From positions 12,678 to 76,677 of the forward strand of contig CALKGM010000012.1 of NCBI GenBank assembly GCA_938084675.1: a stretch of DNA of 64,000 bases, in the 5' to 3' direction. Shown here in pieces: positions 18,558-27,322 of the stretch. Numbering within the stretch: the first letter of the stretch is position 1; every line of letters begins with the position of its first letter. This stretch comes from Candidatus Poseidoniaceae archaeon. GTDB taxonomy: Archaea; Thermoplasmatota; Poseidoniia; Poseidoniales; Poseidoniaceae. The notes below the pieces were generated by a model. The model had not been told where the DNA came from, did no database searches, and was given only the letters and a program-made list of their open reading frames with translations. Position numbers and translations under genes: made by a program.

Positions 18558-19235
18558 GTGCTAAGAGATTCTCATCCGGCGATTTATGAAACCGTTCGGG
18601 ACGCGCAAAGCATCCATATTCTAGGTGCTGGAATGAACCCTCAGCGACCTGCTCATCAGGCAATTCACGATTTGGATGGGAAGGGTTGGAGGCTTGTTCC
18701 AATCCACCCCAACGACGCCGGTGGTTCCATTCTTGGCAGACCAATACGACCGCTGATTGAAAAAGGAATTGCTCCCCAAGTTGTTGTTTTCTTCCTAGCC
18801 CCAGAGCGCGCCAAGAAAGCCGTCTTAGAACTCATGATCCGTTTCCCCCTGGCTGAAATGCCGCTCCTTTGGTTTCAACCAGGTTCAGAGCATGAAGAAG
18901 TTCTTGAAATGTTGAACGAAGCGGACATCACACACATTGTTGACGATTGTATCGTTCGGTTTGTACAACGCCATCACTTGAAATCGGCTGAACCATACCT
19001 CAACGAAGAATGGTACCTCCAGACAGCTTCCTCAGAAGGAGATGGGTGTTCTGTATGGGAAGTTCATGGACACAACTCGGCAGTTAGCCCACCGGCAGAA
19101 GCGCTTGAATGGGTTGGAGACCTTGATGATTTGAGGGTGTCCGAGCACACAATCCCTCGGTACATACGGTCACTAAAACGCTCTAATGAGTCTTTGAAAG
19201 AAGCCGCACAGCGTCTCGCTGGCGTCGTAAACTGA
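18558..19235 (+). CDS. CoA-binding domain protein (YccU / PF13380-like)
   Basis: IHILGAGMNPQRPAH...LVPIHPN...ILG...LWFQPGSEHEE...VDDCIVRF matches the CoA_binding_2 pattern (IAVVG / NPxRP / VIPVNP / WxQxG / DRCI). GTG start. Confidence 0.55.
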   Translation: MLRDSHPAIYETVRDAQSIHILGAGMNPQRPAHQAIHDLDGKGWRLVPIHPNDAGGSILGRPIRPLIEKGIAPQVVVFFLAPERAKKAVLELMIRFPLAEMPLLWFQPGSEHEEVLEMLNEADITHIVDDCIVRFVQRHHLKSAEPYLNEEWYLQTASSEGDGCSVWEVHGHNSAVSPPAEALEWVGDLDDLRVSEHTIPRYIRSLKRSNESLKEAAQRLAGVVN

Positions 19236-19256
19236 CCGTTACACACCTGATGTTTG

Positions 19257-20306
19257 TCAAGATTCTATGATTTTGTACAATGCACCATTGTTCCCAAACG
19301 TAGCATAATACAATGTTCCATCGGGGTGAAATACCAACGGAAGAGGAGTCCCTGCATCCCATGCAAATCGTGTAATATCTGACGTGTAGGCGCCGTCATC
19401 TCCAACCGTTACGTCGATACGGACTATCTCGTGCCCCTGAGGTAGGATTGTATTCCAGGAGCCGTAAACGGTTGAATATAGCGTGAATCCAACTGATGGT
19501 TCAAGCCCAGGAAGGGATGAGTGAACCGGTCGAACATCAATGCCATTCATCGATGTATGTGGGGCCCATGTCCCAATAGGCGCCTCGGTTCCAACCGGCA
19601 CAGGATGCTCTGGGTCATCATCAGGCCAACCATAAGCGGCTCCTTCAATCAGAAAATTCAGCTCTTCAGGGGGATGGTCAAACTCCAAATCTCTTCCATT
19701 ATCTGTGAAAAAATACCCATGACCGTCCACCCAAACACCGTCGAAAGAGTTTCGAACACCGCTTGCTAACACGCCGTGGTCTCCGGTAGTGGAGTTCACC
19801 CACAATAGAGCACCATTGCGCTCATCTGTTTCGTCGCAAACATTGCATGTAGAGCCGCTGTGCCAGACCAATGTTCCGTTGGAAAGGAGATTAATGGCAT
19901 TGGTTTGATGATTTTTGCTCTTAATGCCTTCAACCAGCGGTTGTGGATTGACAAATTGACCGTCTTCGGCCACGGTGTATTTGGTTAGCGTGCCTGCTTC
20001 CGAAACGTAGGCTGAGCCGTTGTCAAGAAGGAGGCCGTGGGGACGGTCAAGGCCGTCAAGAAGGGTTCTTCGTTCATCGGATGTGATGTTTAGTTCAATG
20101 ATTTGGCTGCCGTCCCTGTCACAAATGAGTAGATGGGTATCATCCGCCCACACCAAACACGTTGGGCCACCTAAACCCTGAGCGACCGACTCCACACTGT
20201 ACCCATCCACCAAATTTGGATCGTCCCCCGAAACATACGGGTAGACTTGCCTTACAACGAGAAGCGTAACGATGAGAATCGCCATGGGCATGATGTGCTT
20301 CCGCAT
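19257..20306 (-). CDS. secreted beta-propeller protein, glucose/sorbosone-dehydrogenase-like (SGL fold)
   Basis: Start chosen at the internal ATG MRKHIMPMAILIVTLLVV (signal peptide), which removes the overlap with the next gene. Repeated GxxRPxGL / DGS-blade-like segments. Confidence 0.45.
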   Translation of the reverse strand: MRKHIMPMAILIVTLLVVRQVYPYVSGDDPNLVDGYSVESVAQGLGGPTCLVWADDTHLLICDRDGSQIIELNITSDERRTLLDGLDRPHGLLLDNGSAYVSEAGTLTKYTVAEDGQFVNPQPLVEGIKSKNHQTNAINLLSNGTLVWHSGSTCNVCDETDERNGALLWVNSTTGDHGVLASGVRNSFDGVWVDGHGYFFTDNGRDLEFDHPPEELNFLIEGAAYGWPDDDPEHPVPVGTEAPIGTWAPHTSMNGIDVRPVHSSLPGLEPSVGFTLYSTVYGSWNTILPQGHEIVRIDVTVGDDGAYTSDITRFAWDAGTPLPLVFHPDGTLYYATFGNNGALYKIIES

Positions 20307-20313
20307 GGTATGA

Positions 20314-21258
20314 CTACGCACCTGAAGTTTCGCTTTGAACAATTCGCACATTCACGCCTTCAAATGTTGCAACAAGGGATAAGTCACAATTTGCGCTACA
20401 AATATTTAGCCCGTTTTCTAGAAGTTTGATTTCTTCAATCCCGTCCCAAGATGCTCTATCGGGGTCCTCCGACACGATACGACACGGAGACGGTGAAACC
20501 AAGTCGGGGTTGTTCAGCGCAGGGAAGGATTCGGGACTAAGGGAGGAAATGAGCATGGTTGGGTAACGGGCTTCGTCCTCGTCGTTATAGTACGTCAAAA
20601 ATTGAATTTTGAAGAATTGCCCTTCCTGTTCAACGATATAAACGCCATCATTTGGAGTGACCCGATGTACTGCGAGGTCGTAAGTGTACCAATCCAGCCG
20701 TTCTTCGGTTGCGTTTACGAATTGTGTTTCGTCAATTGTGAAATCATTCTCAATTGACTCGCCTTCAACAAACTGCCAGCGTAGTCCGTCATTCATGTGA
20801 ATGTCGGTCTTGGAGAAGCGAAGTGTGTAATCGCTCTCGTTTGAGGAGGCTTGATTTGGTACGTCAACATAGGTGAACTGTTCTTCTCTGGTCGCATCGA
20901 CTTGTGTCAAGAACGTCAAGCCATCTGCCCCGAGAGAGGGTTGTACCCTTGACGCTTCGTCCACTTCTGTGGACTGGCTACCAAAGGTACAACCGTATGT
21001 TTCTCCATCGATCTCCAATTGAAGTTGGAGGGATGACCACGGCAAATCTTCCGCACCTTCTTCAAAAGAGAGGCTTGCAAGAACATCGTCTGAACCGTTC
21101 GTGGCTAAAGCATTGTATTGTGTCACGGTGATGCCATTTTCAGTCCCTAGGTCGCTCTCGTACGAGACAACCATCACCGACCAAACGCCGGCGATGACAG
21201 CCACCGCTAAGGCCAATCCAAGGAATGCGCGGCTCCATGACACGATACTCAGCTTCAC
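20314..21258 (-). CDS. hypothetical secreted/membrane-anchored protein (314 aa)
   Basis: GTG start. N-terminal hydrophobic anchor AFLGLALAVAVIAGVWSVMVV. Acidic. Confidence 0.45.
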   Translation of the reverse strand: MKLSIVSWSRAFLGLALAVAVIAGVWSVMVVSYESDLGTENGITVTQYNALATNGSDDVLASLSFEEGAEDLPWSSLQLQLEIDGETYGCTFGSQSTEVDEASRVQPSLGADGLTFLTQVDATREEQFTYVDVPNQASSNESDYTLRFSKTDIHMNDGLRWQFVEGESIENDFTIDETQFVNATEERLDWYTYDLAVHRVTPNDGVYIVEQEGQFFKIQFLTYYNDEDEARYPTMLISSLSPESFPALNNPDLVSPSPCRIVSEDPDRASWDGIEEIKLLENGLNICSANCDLSLVATFEGVNVRIVQSETSGA

Positions 21259-23222
21259 TCGCCCTTGGAACGGCGCTCTATCAACACGAGGGCCCCAATC
21301 ATTGAGACGAGTACCGTGGTGATGAGGAAGCCTGGTGTGTCTTCGCTGTCGTCATCGGACATGTCTGTCGAGGATTCTTCTTCCCCGCCGTCTCCAACAA
21401 CAATTTCACCGAACATGTTGAGGGCCACGTGTGGCTCACAAGCATAGTAGAAGGTTGAATCTTCAGTGAACGTGTGCGAGAAAGCAACGGTTGTGGCTGC
21501 TTCGCCAGATGTAATTCCATTTTCAACAAAGGTGGTAGACTTGCTACCTGTAATCTCTTTGACGTTGTGAGGCATGCTTTCGTCCTCCCAAGACCAACAG
21601 ACGGTCTGTCCAACGTTGATGTTAATCACTGCTGGAGAATATGCATATCCGGTTGAACCGATACCAACAGTAACATCACAGGTCACGCCTTCAAACGGAT
21701 CTACACTCGCTGGAGGTGTGAGCACTTGGTCAATGACGTGGATAACACCGTTTGATGCTGGTACATCAGCAAGTGTGACATTCGCCATTGATGAGCCAAC
21801 CATGACCGACCCGTTCTCGACATGAATCAACAATTCATCTCCGTTTGCAGCGTTAACGGTAGTCATTCCCTCTGCGAGGTCGGTTGACATGGTCGTTCCT
21901 GCTACAACGTGGTAGAGAAGGATGTCTGCAAGGACCGCAATTTCTTCGTCTGTCGTGAAATCATCAAGATTGATTCCAGCCGCTTCAAAGGCTGCGTCAG
22001 ACGGTGCAAACACCGTGTAGTCTGTTGTTCCACTGACCGTGGCGACCAGATTTGCCTTGGTCAGTGCTGCAACGAGAGATGTGTGAATGGTGGTTGCTGA
22101 TGCCGTCATGGCGATGTCAACGGCTGGAGTCCAGACGTAGGCTTGACATTCGGCAGCGCTGACATCGGTCACAGCGTGTGTAACCGAGTTGTAACAGCCC
22201 GTAATGGTTTGACCACCCATTGAAAAGTTCTCGAGGTACATGTAAGCATTGCATGCAACCTTGCTTGAGCCAGGGGCAATCGTGTGAGACACCATGGTGT
22301 AGCAGATGTCACCTGATGGTGGCGTCAATACTTGGTCTATCACGTGTACGACTCCGTTGGATGCAGCTACATCCGCAATCGTAACGTTAGCATTACCGCT
22401 TCCAACAGTAACTCCTGAGGTGGCAACATTTAGAGCAAGACTGTCTCCGTTGACGGCTCGGACGGTTGTTGTTCCATCCGCCAAGTCGGTGGATAGGGTG
22501 GTTCCAGCCACAACGTGATACAGGAGAATGTCGGTCAGCGTAACAATCTCTTCGGGGGTGTCAAATGTAGCGAGGTCGATTCCTGCTGCTGCAAATGCGG
22601 CGTCAGTAGGGGCGAACACTGTGAACGGTCCCGTTCCTTGAAGCGTAGTAACGAGATCGGCTTGGATGAGGGCCTCAACGAGTGCTGTGTGGATTCCTGT
22701 AGATGTTGCAACGCTTGGGATGTCAACCAGTTCTACTGTAGGAGGCATGAGGACTTTGTCAATGATGTGGATAACACCGTTTGATGACATAACGTCCGGG
22801 GTGGTGACATTGGCCCCCTCAATCATGACCGCTCCGTCTACGACGCTGAACGTGGCATCGTCTCCGTTGAGCATTTCAACGGTTAAACCGTCAGTGACGG
22901 CGGAGGATTCTACTTGGCCGGAATAGACGTGGTAGAGGAGAATGTCCTGCAGAGTGGCATTTTCTTCGTCGGTATCGAAGTCAGCGAGATCAATGCCCGC
23001 CTCAGCAAATGCTGTGTCGGTGGGGGCAAAGACCGTGAACGGCCCGTCGGCTTGGAGCGCTGACACCAGGTCTGCGTGTGCAAGAGCAGCTACCAGCGAG
23101 TCGTGTACTCCGCTGTTTGTTGCATTTGTTGGAATGTCATCAGTTGCATCCGCCGTCACGTTGAACGGTAATGTTGCAAGTAATAGGCTGGCTGTCAAAA
23201 TGAAGACTCTTAGGCGCATCAT
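21255..23222 (-). CDS. surface protein: signal peptide, three fasciclin (FAS1) domains, a C-terminal cupredoxin (plastocyanin/halocyanin-like) domain and a PGF-CTERM archaeosortase sorting signal
   Basis: Thrice-repeated GPFTVFAPTDxAFxxAGIDL FAS1 core. Blue-copper ligand pattern ...MPHNV...YACEPHVALNMFG (His, Cys-x2-His-x4-Met). Extreme C-terminus DTPGFLITTVLVSMIGALVLIERRSKGE (PGF + TM + basic). Start moved to ATGATG at 23222 (MMRLRVFILTASLLLA). Confidence 0.75.
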   Translation of the reverse strand: MMRLRVFILTASLLLATLPFNVTADATDDIPTNATNSGVHDSLVAALAHADLVSALQADGPFTVFAPTDTAFAEAGIDLADFDTDEENATLQDILLYHVYSGQVESSAVTDGLTVEMLNGDDATFSVVDGAVMIEGANVTTPDVMSSNGVIHIIDKVLMPPTVELVDIPSVATSTGIHTALVEALIQADLVTTLQGTGPFTVFAPTDAAFAAAGIDLATFDTPEEIVTLTDILLYHVVAGTTLSTDLADGTTTVRAVNGDSLALNVATSGVTVGSGNANVTIADVAASNGVVHVIDQVLTPPSGDICYTMVSHTIAPGSSKVACNAYMYLENFSMGGQTITGCYNSVTHAVTDVSAAECQAYVWTPAVDIAMTASATTIHTSLVAALTKANLVATVSGTTDYTVFAPSDAAFEAAGINLDDFTTDEEIAVLADILLYHVVAGTTMSTDLAEGMTTVNAANGDELLIHVENGSVMVGSSMANVTLADVPASNGVIHVIDQVLTPPASVDPFEGVTCDVTVGIGSTGYAYSPAVININVGQTVCWSWEDESMPHNVKEITGSKSTTFVENGITSGEAATTVAFSHTFTEDSTFYYACEPHVALNMFGEIVVGDGGEEESSTDMSDDDSEDTPGFLITTVLVSMIGALVLIERRSKGE

Positions 23223-23246
23223 GACTGAATTGCCGATTTTCCCCCC

Positions 23247-23254
23247 ATATATAG
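23247..23254 (-). promoter_or_regulatory. TATA box (cctatatatg on the minus strand) for the FAS1-cupredoxin gene, located inside the 3' end of eno
   Basis: ATATATAG about 25-30 bp upstream of the ATG at 23222, the spacing expected for a leaderless archaeal transcript. Confidence 0.5.
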
Positions 23255-23269
23255 GCCCGTATTTTTTCG

Positions 23270-24523
23270 TCAAACAAAGGGGGAACGGTATTCGTGGACA
23301 TCCTCTGCAATTCGTAATAATTGGTTATATTTTGCGACTCGATCTGAACGTGCAGGTGCTCCGGTTTTGATTTGTCCTGCACGAGTACCAACTGCAAAGT
23401 CGGCAATGGTCACATCTTCTGACTCTCCGCTGCGATGGGAAACAACATTGTTGAATCCATGAGTTGTAGCCATGTCCATCGCTTCTAGCGTTTCTGTAAC
23501 CGTGCCTACTTGATTTAATTTTACCAACATTGCGTTAGCAGCCCCTAATTCAATTCCCTGGGAAAGGCGTTGTGATTGGGTCACAAACAAATCGTCTCCA
23601 ACGGATTGGACCCGGTGGCCGTTTGCTTTGGTAAAAGCCGCCCATCCAGCCCAATCGTCTTCGCCAAATCCATCTTCAATCGATAATATTGGATATTCGT
23701 CAATCCAACCAGCGTACATCTCTGAAAGTTCCTCGCTTGAAAGTACGCGTCCTTCCATATGGTAGCCATCGTCCTTGAGGAATTCTGTAGATGCCACGTC
23801 AAGAGCGATGCCGATTTCTTCTGTCGAATAACCTGCGCCCTCAATGGCTCGGACCATGTATTTGAGGCCCTCTTCGTTTGAAGGGAGATTGGGGGCGAAC
23901 CCCCCTTCGTCGCCAATACCGCCGAGCAGTCCGTCTTTCTTGAGTTCTTTTTTGAGGGCGTGGTATGTTTCAACGCCGGCACGAAGACCTTCTTTGAAAT
24001 CGTCAAAACCGTGTGGCATAACCATGAACTCTTGCACGTCAACATTTGATGCTGCATGTGCTCCTCCGTTGAGAATGTTAAGCATCGGTACCGGCATCAA
24101 TCCGCCTGCGACACCGCCCACATACTTCCATAGAGGTAGTTCGTGATAGGCAGCACCAGCATGAAGGCAGGCCATAGAGGCTCCAAGCATTGCGTTTGCA
24201 CCAATATTGGATTTGTTTGGAGTTCCGTCAAGTTCAAGCATCACTTCGTCAATAATACGTTGCTCATCTACCGGGAGGCCAACAAGGGCTTCCTCGAGAA
24301 GTTCCTTCACGTTGAGTACCGCTTGTTCTACGCCTTTCCCCATGTAACGACTTGTGTCGCCGTCTCGGAGTTCAAGTGATTCATATGCCCCAGTGGAAGC
24401 CCCTGATGGGACGATTGCTCTACCCATCAACGCGCCTTCAACATAACAATCCACTTCAACAGTCGGTTGTCCCCGACTGTCCAATACCATTCGTGAGTCC
24501 AAACCGGTAATGTGACCTGACAC
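23270..24523 (-). CDS. eno: enolase (phosphopyruvate hydratase)
   Basis: 417 aa. LDSRGQPTVEV, KLNQVGTVTE, SHRSGESEDVTIADFAV signatures. Confidence 0.95.
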   Translation of the reverse strand: MSGHITGLDSRMVLDSRGQPTVEVDCYVEGALMGRAIVPSGASTGAYESLELRDGDTSRYMGKGVEQAVLNVKELLEEALVGLPVDEQRIIDEVMLELDGTPNKSNIGANAMLGASMACLHAGAAYHELPLWKYVGGVAGGLMPVPMLNILNGGAHAASNVDVQEFMVMPHGFDDFKEGLRAGVETYHALKKELKKDGLLGGIGDEGGFAPNLPSNEEGLKYMVRAIEGAGYSTEEIGIALDVASTEFLKDDGYHMEGRVLSSEELSEMYAGWIDEYPILSIEDGFGEDDWAGWAAFTKANGHRVQSVGDDLFVTQSQRLSQGIELGAANAMLVKLNQVGTVTETLEAMDMATTHGFNNVVSHRSGESEDVTIADFAVGTRAGQIKTGAPARSDRVAKYNQLLRIAEDVHEYRSPFV

Positions 24524-24574
24524 AATGCTCCCTCAACCCGTCCAAGGGTAGGGGGGACTTGAATCAAACGGGGG

Positions 24575-25054
24575 TTATTGGTTCGTACGATTTAACCAAG
24601 CCATCCACCGCGCCACATGGGCTTGGATTTGTGGAACTTCTACTTCTGATTGGGCTTGGACCATCCAACAGAGCTGTTCCTCAAGCGGGGAGATCGAGAA
24701 TAATTCTGCCTTGAAGACTGGTTCGTTATCGATGAGAATGTGTCGGCGACGATCTTCTACAAAGCAATGTATCAATTGTCGTGGAAAATGGTGAATGATG
24801 GACTGTTGCGGGCACATGAGGACTAATGATTCGTTGAGGAAGAGCAGCGCTTCGCCGGTGAGAGGGTTAAGTTCGTGGAAATGGATGGGGGTATCTCCGA
24901 ACATGGCCGCAATATCAATCTGAAACCAATCTTGTTGACTAACAGAAAGGTCACATTGCGAGAGGTGATCCAAGAATGCCTGAAGCCCGGCTTCTTCGCT
25001 GTAACCCTTGGCCCGCATAGTAAGTTTGTAGAGAGGCTTCCTTTTGAACCCCAC
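24575..25054 (-). CDS. hypothetical protein (159 aa)
   Basis: GTG start in the track. Divergent from the lrp gene across an A/T-rich promoter region containing TTTATA (~25107). Confidence 0.4.
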   Translation of the reverse strand: MGFKRKPLYKLTMRAKGYSEEAGLQAFLDHLSQCDLSVSQQDWFQIDIAAMFGDTPIHFHELNPLTGEALLFLNESLVLMCPQQSIIHHFPRQLIHCFVEDRRRHILIDNEPVFKAELFSISPLEEQLCWMVQAQSEVEVPQIQAHVARWMAWLNRTNQ

Positions 25055-25192
25055 GAAGTGCTTGTTTTTACAGAATGGGTGGTTTTTTTCCGCTAAATGT
25101 AGAATTTATACCTATATTTGACATAAGATGCTTCATTTGCCCCACATAATGCCCGTAAAAGGGTTGAAATAGGTACGGGCCAACCGGAAACC

Positions 25193-25615
25193 ATGCCCCG
25201 AATTGCAGAAATTGATCGCGCCATCCTCGCCGAACTTAGGAAAAATGGGCGTATGTCCTATGTTGACCTCGCAGCACAAGTCGAAGCAAGTGAGCGAACC
25301 GTCCGAACTCACATCCGTAATATGGAAGAAAACGGGACCATCCGGGGCTATACTATTCGCGAAGGAGGAGTCGGACTTACCGCACTCGTCCGAATAAAGG
25401 TTGCACCTGGTTCCGAAATCGGTTCGTTTGCCTCCGAAGTTACTGGGTGGGATGGAATTGAAATTATCTACGAGGTCTCAGGCGAAGCGGACTTGGTTGC
25501 GCTTGTCCACGTTGACGACACCATGGCACTTCGCAAATTGTTGGATAAAATGTGGCTCGCTGCCCCAAATGAAATCGCCAGCACAACCACTGAGTTGGTT
25601 CTGGAACAATACTGA
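25193..25615 (+). CDS. lrp: Lrp/AsnC-family transcriptional regulator
   Basis: 140 aa. N-terminal HTH (IDRAILAELRKNGRMSYVDLAAQVEASERTVRTHIRNMEENGTI) plus a C-terminal RAM-like domain. Confidence 0.85.
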   Translation: MPRIAEIDRAILAELRKNGRMSYVDLAAQVEASERTVRTHIRNMEENGTIRGYTIREGGVGLTALVRIKVAPGSEIGSFASEVTGWDGIEIIYEVSGEADLVALVHVDDTMALRKLLDKMWLAAPNEIASTTTELVLEQY

Positions 25616-25732
25616 TTATTCCTGTTCTTCTTCGTCATCATCTTTTGATGGTTTTGGAGGCGAATAGTCAATCCCGCAGGACCTGCAGACCATTTCATCG
25701 TCCCAATCGCATTGCCGCTTACATCCAGTCAT
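25616..25732 (-). CDS. unannotated 38-aa Cys4 zinc-ribbon miniprotein with acidic tail
   Basis: Hand translation: MTGCKRQCDWDDEMVCRSCGIDYSPPKPSKDDDEEEQE. ATG at 25732 is 6 bp after the stop of the thioredoxin-like gene; TAA at 25616-25618 abuts the lrp stop. Too short for the ORF track. Confidence 0.45.
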   Translation of the reverse strand: MTGCKRQCDWDDEMVCRSCGIDYSPPKPSKDDDEEEQE

Positions 25733-25737
25733 CGAAC

Positions 25738-26283
25738 TCACCTTGATTTCCACTTGACTGAGCATCCAATCGATTGAGTGACTGCAACGTCCGGCGCAGT
25801 GCCGTTAAGCATCGCAGTTATTGCTTGGTCTAAATCTCGCACCATAACATCGCTAGGGTCACGTGGACTATCATCCATCCTTCCTTTGTAGACCAATTGA
25901 TGCTGAGAATTAAACAAGAAAAATTCAGGAGTTCGTTCAGCGCCGTAAGCGTGGGCAACGTCCTGCTCTGAATCGTGAAGATAGGCATAAGGCATACCCT
26001 TTAACGCTCTTTTTTCCATATTTGCAAACGAGTCGTTTTCGTACACAAGAGGATCGTTAGAATTAATTCCAACATAACCGATTTCGTTCTGTTGACAGAA
26101 CTCAGCCATTGCGTTCATTCGAGAGACGCTTGCAACAACATACGGGCAGTGATTGCACTCAAAAGCAACTACCAGGCCGTTCCTGCTGAATGCTTGCTCA
26201 AGAGACATTTGGCTACCGCCAACAGCCGTATTTGCATTAGCCAGATGAAAAGCGGGTGGTGCATCACCGATGTTAAGAGACAT
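25738..26283 (-). CDS. thioredoxin-fold thiol-disulfide oxidoreductase (redoxin family, CxxC)
   Basis: 181 aa. CNHCPY active-site motif, TPEFFLF and GCSVKWK segments typical of the TlpA/redoxin family. Confidence 0.6.
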   Translation of the reverse strand: MSLNIGDAPPAFHLANANTAVGGSQMSLEQAFSRNGLVVAFECNHCPYVVASVSRMNAMAEFCQQNEIGYVGINSNDPLVYENDSFANMEKRALKGMPYAYLHDSEQDVAHAYGAERTPEFFLFNSQHQLVYKGRMDDSPRDPSDVMVRDLDQAITAMLNGTAPDVAVTQSIGCSVKWKSR

Positions 26284-26328
26284 ATGTACCGCTGGGAGTT
26301 CACACTCAAAATGCCTTGCTTTAAGCCG

Positions 26329-27294
26329 TCACAGTGTCAAGAAGTATGCAGCTGCGCCTAAACCTGCTACAAGGCCGGTAATGATGAGGATTTTCACGAG
26401 CGGTGTATTGGGCCCTTCGGCCTCAAGGGGACTTGCTTGGGATGGGAGGTCGGGTACGATTTTTTGTTCTTCAACAGGATCTTCATGCGAATCCCAGTAA
26501 GCCTGCTTTTCTGCTTCACCCGCAGCCAGTTCTGCTTCAATTCGTGCTTGTTCGGCAAGGCGAGCTTCCTCAGCAAGGCGGGCTTCCTCGGCAAGGCGGG
26601 CTTCCTCGGCGGCCAATCGTGCTTCCTCGGCGAGACGGGCTTCCTCGGCAAGACGGGCTTCCTCAGCAAGGCGGGCCTCCTCGGCAAGGCGGGCTTCTTC
26701 GGCAAGACGGGCTTCCTCAGCGAGACGAGCTTCTTCGGCAAGACGTGCCTCCTCTGCAGATTGTGCTTCCGCAGCCAAACGTGCTTCTTCTGCAAGACGT
26801 GCTTCTTCTGCAAGACGTGCCTCTTCTGCAAGGCGAGCTTCTTCTGCAAGACGTTCCTCTTCTGCAAGACGTTCCTCTTCGGCGAGGCGGGCTTCTTCGG
26901 CGAGACGTTCTTCTTCGGCGAGGCGTTCTTCCTCGGCCCTACGAGCTTCCTCTTCCTTGCGAATGGCTTCTGCAGCGGCTCGTTTTGCTGCTTCTTCCTC
27001 AGCGAGGCGTCTGATTCGTTCATTGATTGCATCTTCGTTCTTATTGGTATACCGAGTGAGAATCGCCTGTCCCATCTTCCCGAAGTCTTCGTCGGAAATT
27101 GATTCAACCTCTGCCCGCGTTGCAACCAATAATCGTTCTACATCCTCGATAAGAAATTCGCCTTCGTGGCTGTTGAGCGCTGTACGAAAGGATTGGTAGA
27201 ATTCCCTTTGTTCAACCGAAATTGCCCCGTCTCGGGTCATAAAATCTTGGAGAGCAGTCAGGATTTCTGTCAAATTAAGTTGCTCTATTTCCAC
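26329..27294 (-). CDS. membrane-anchored repeat protein: ~100-aa N-terminal domain, ~28 tandem [12 protein letters not shown] hexapeptide repeats, C-terminal TM helix
   Basis: GTG start. Repeat block [21 protein letters not shown]... C-terminus [23 protein letters not shown]. Confidence 0.65.
   Translation of the reverse strand: MEIEQLNLTEILTALQDFMTRDGAISVEQREFYQSFRTALNSHEGEFLIEDVERLLVATRAEVESISDEDFGKMGQAILTRYTNKNEDAINERIRRLAEEEAAKRAAAEAIRKEEEARRAEEERLAEEERLAEEARLAEEERLAEEERLAEEARLAEEARLAEEARLAEEARLAAEAQSAEEARLAEEARLAEEARLAEEARLAEEARLAEEARLAEEARLAEEARLAAEEARLAEEARLAEEARLAEQARIEAELAAGEAEKQAYWDSHEDPVEEQKIVPDLPSQASPLEAEGPNTPLVKILIITGLVAGLGAAAYFLTL
26500..26960. repeat. 18-bp in-frame tandem DNA repeat (gcaaggcgggcttcctcg-type units) encoding ARLAEE
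   Basis: Directly visible at 26530-26940. Generates three overlapping spurious ORFs (26394..27125, 26403..27014, 26437..27102). Confidence 0.9.
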
Positions 27295-27322
27295 TTAAGT
27301 CCCCTCGTATATGTCGCTGGAG

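Noticed and set aside
26394-27125. Three overlapping ORFs (26394..27125 minus, 26403..27014 plus, 26437..27102 plus) with P/L/K- or F/G/K-rich repeats
   Set aside because: Alternative frames of the 18-bp ARLAEE DNA repeat. The 26329..27294 frame has a globular N-terminal domain and a C-terminal TM helix, and is co-directional with the upstream TPR gene.
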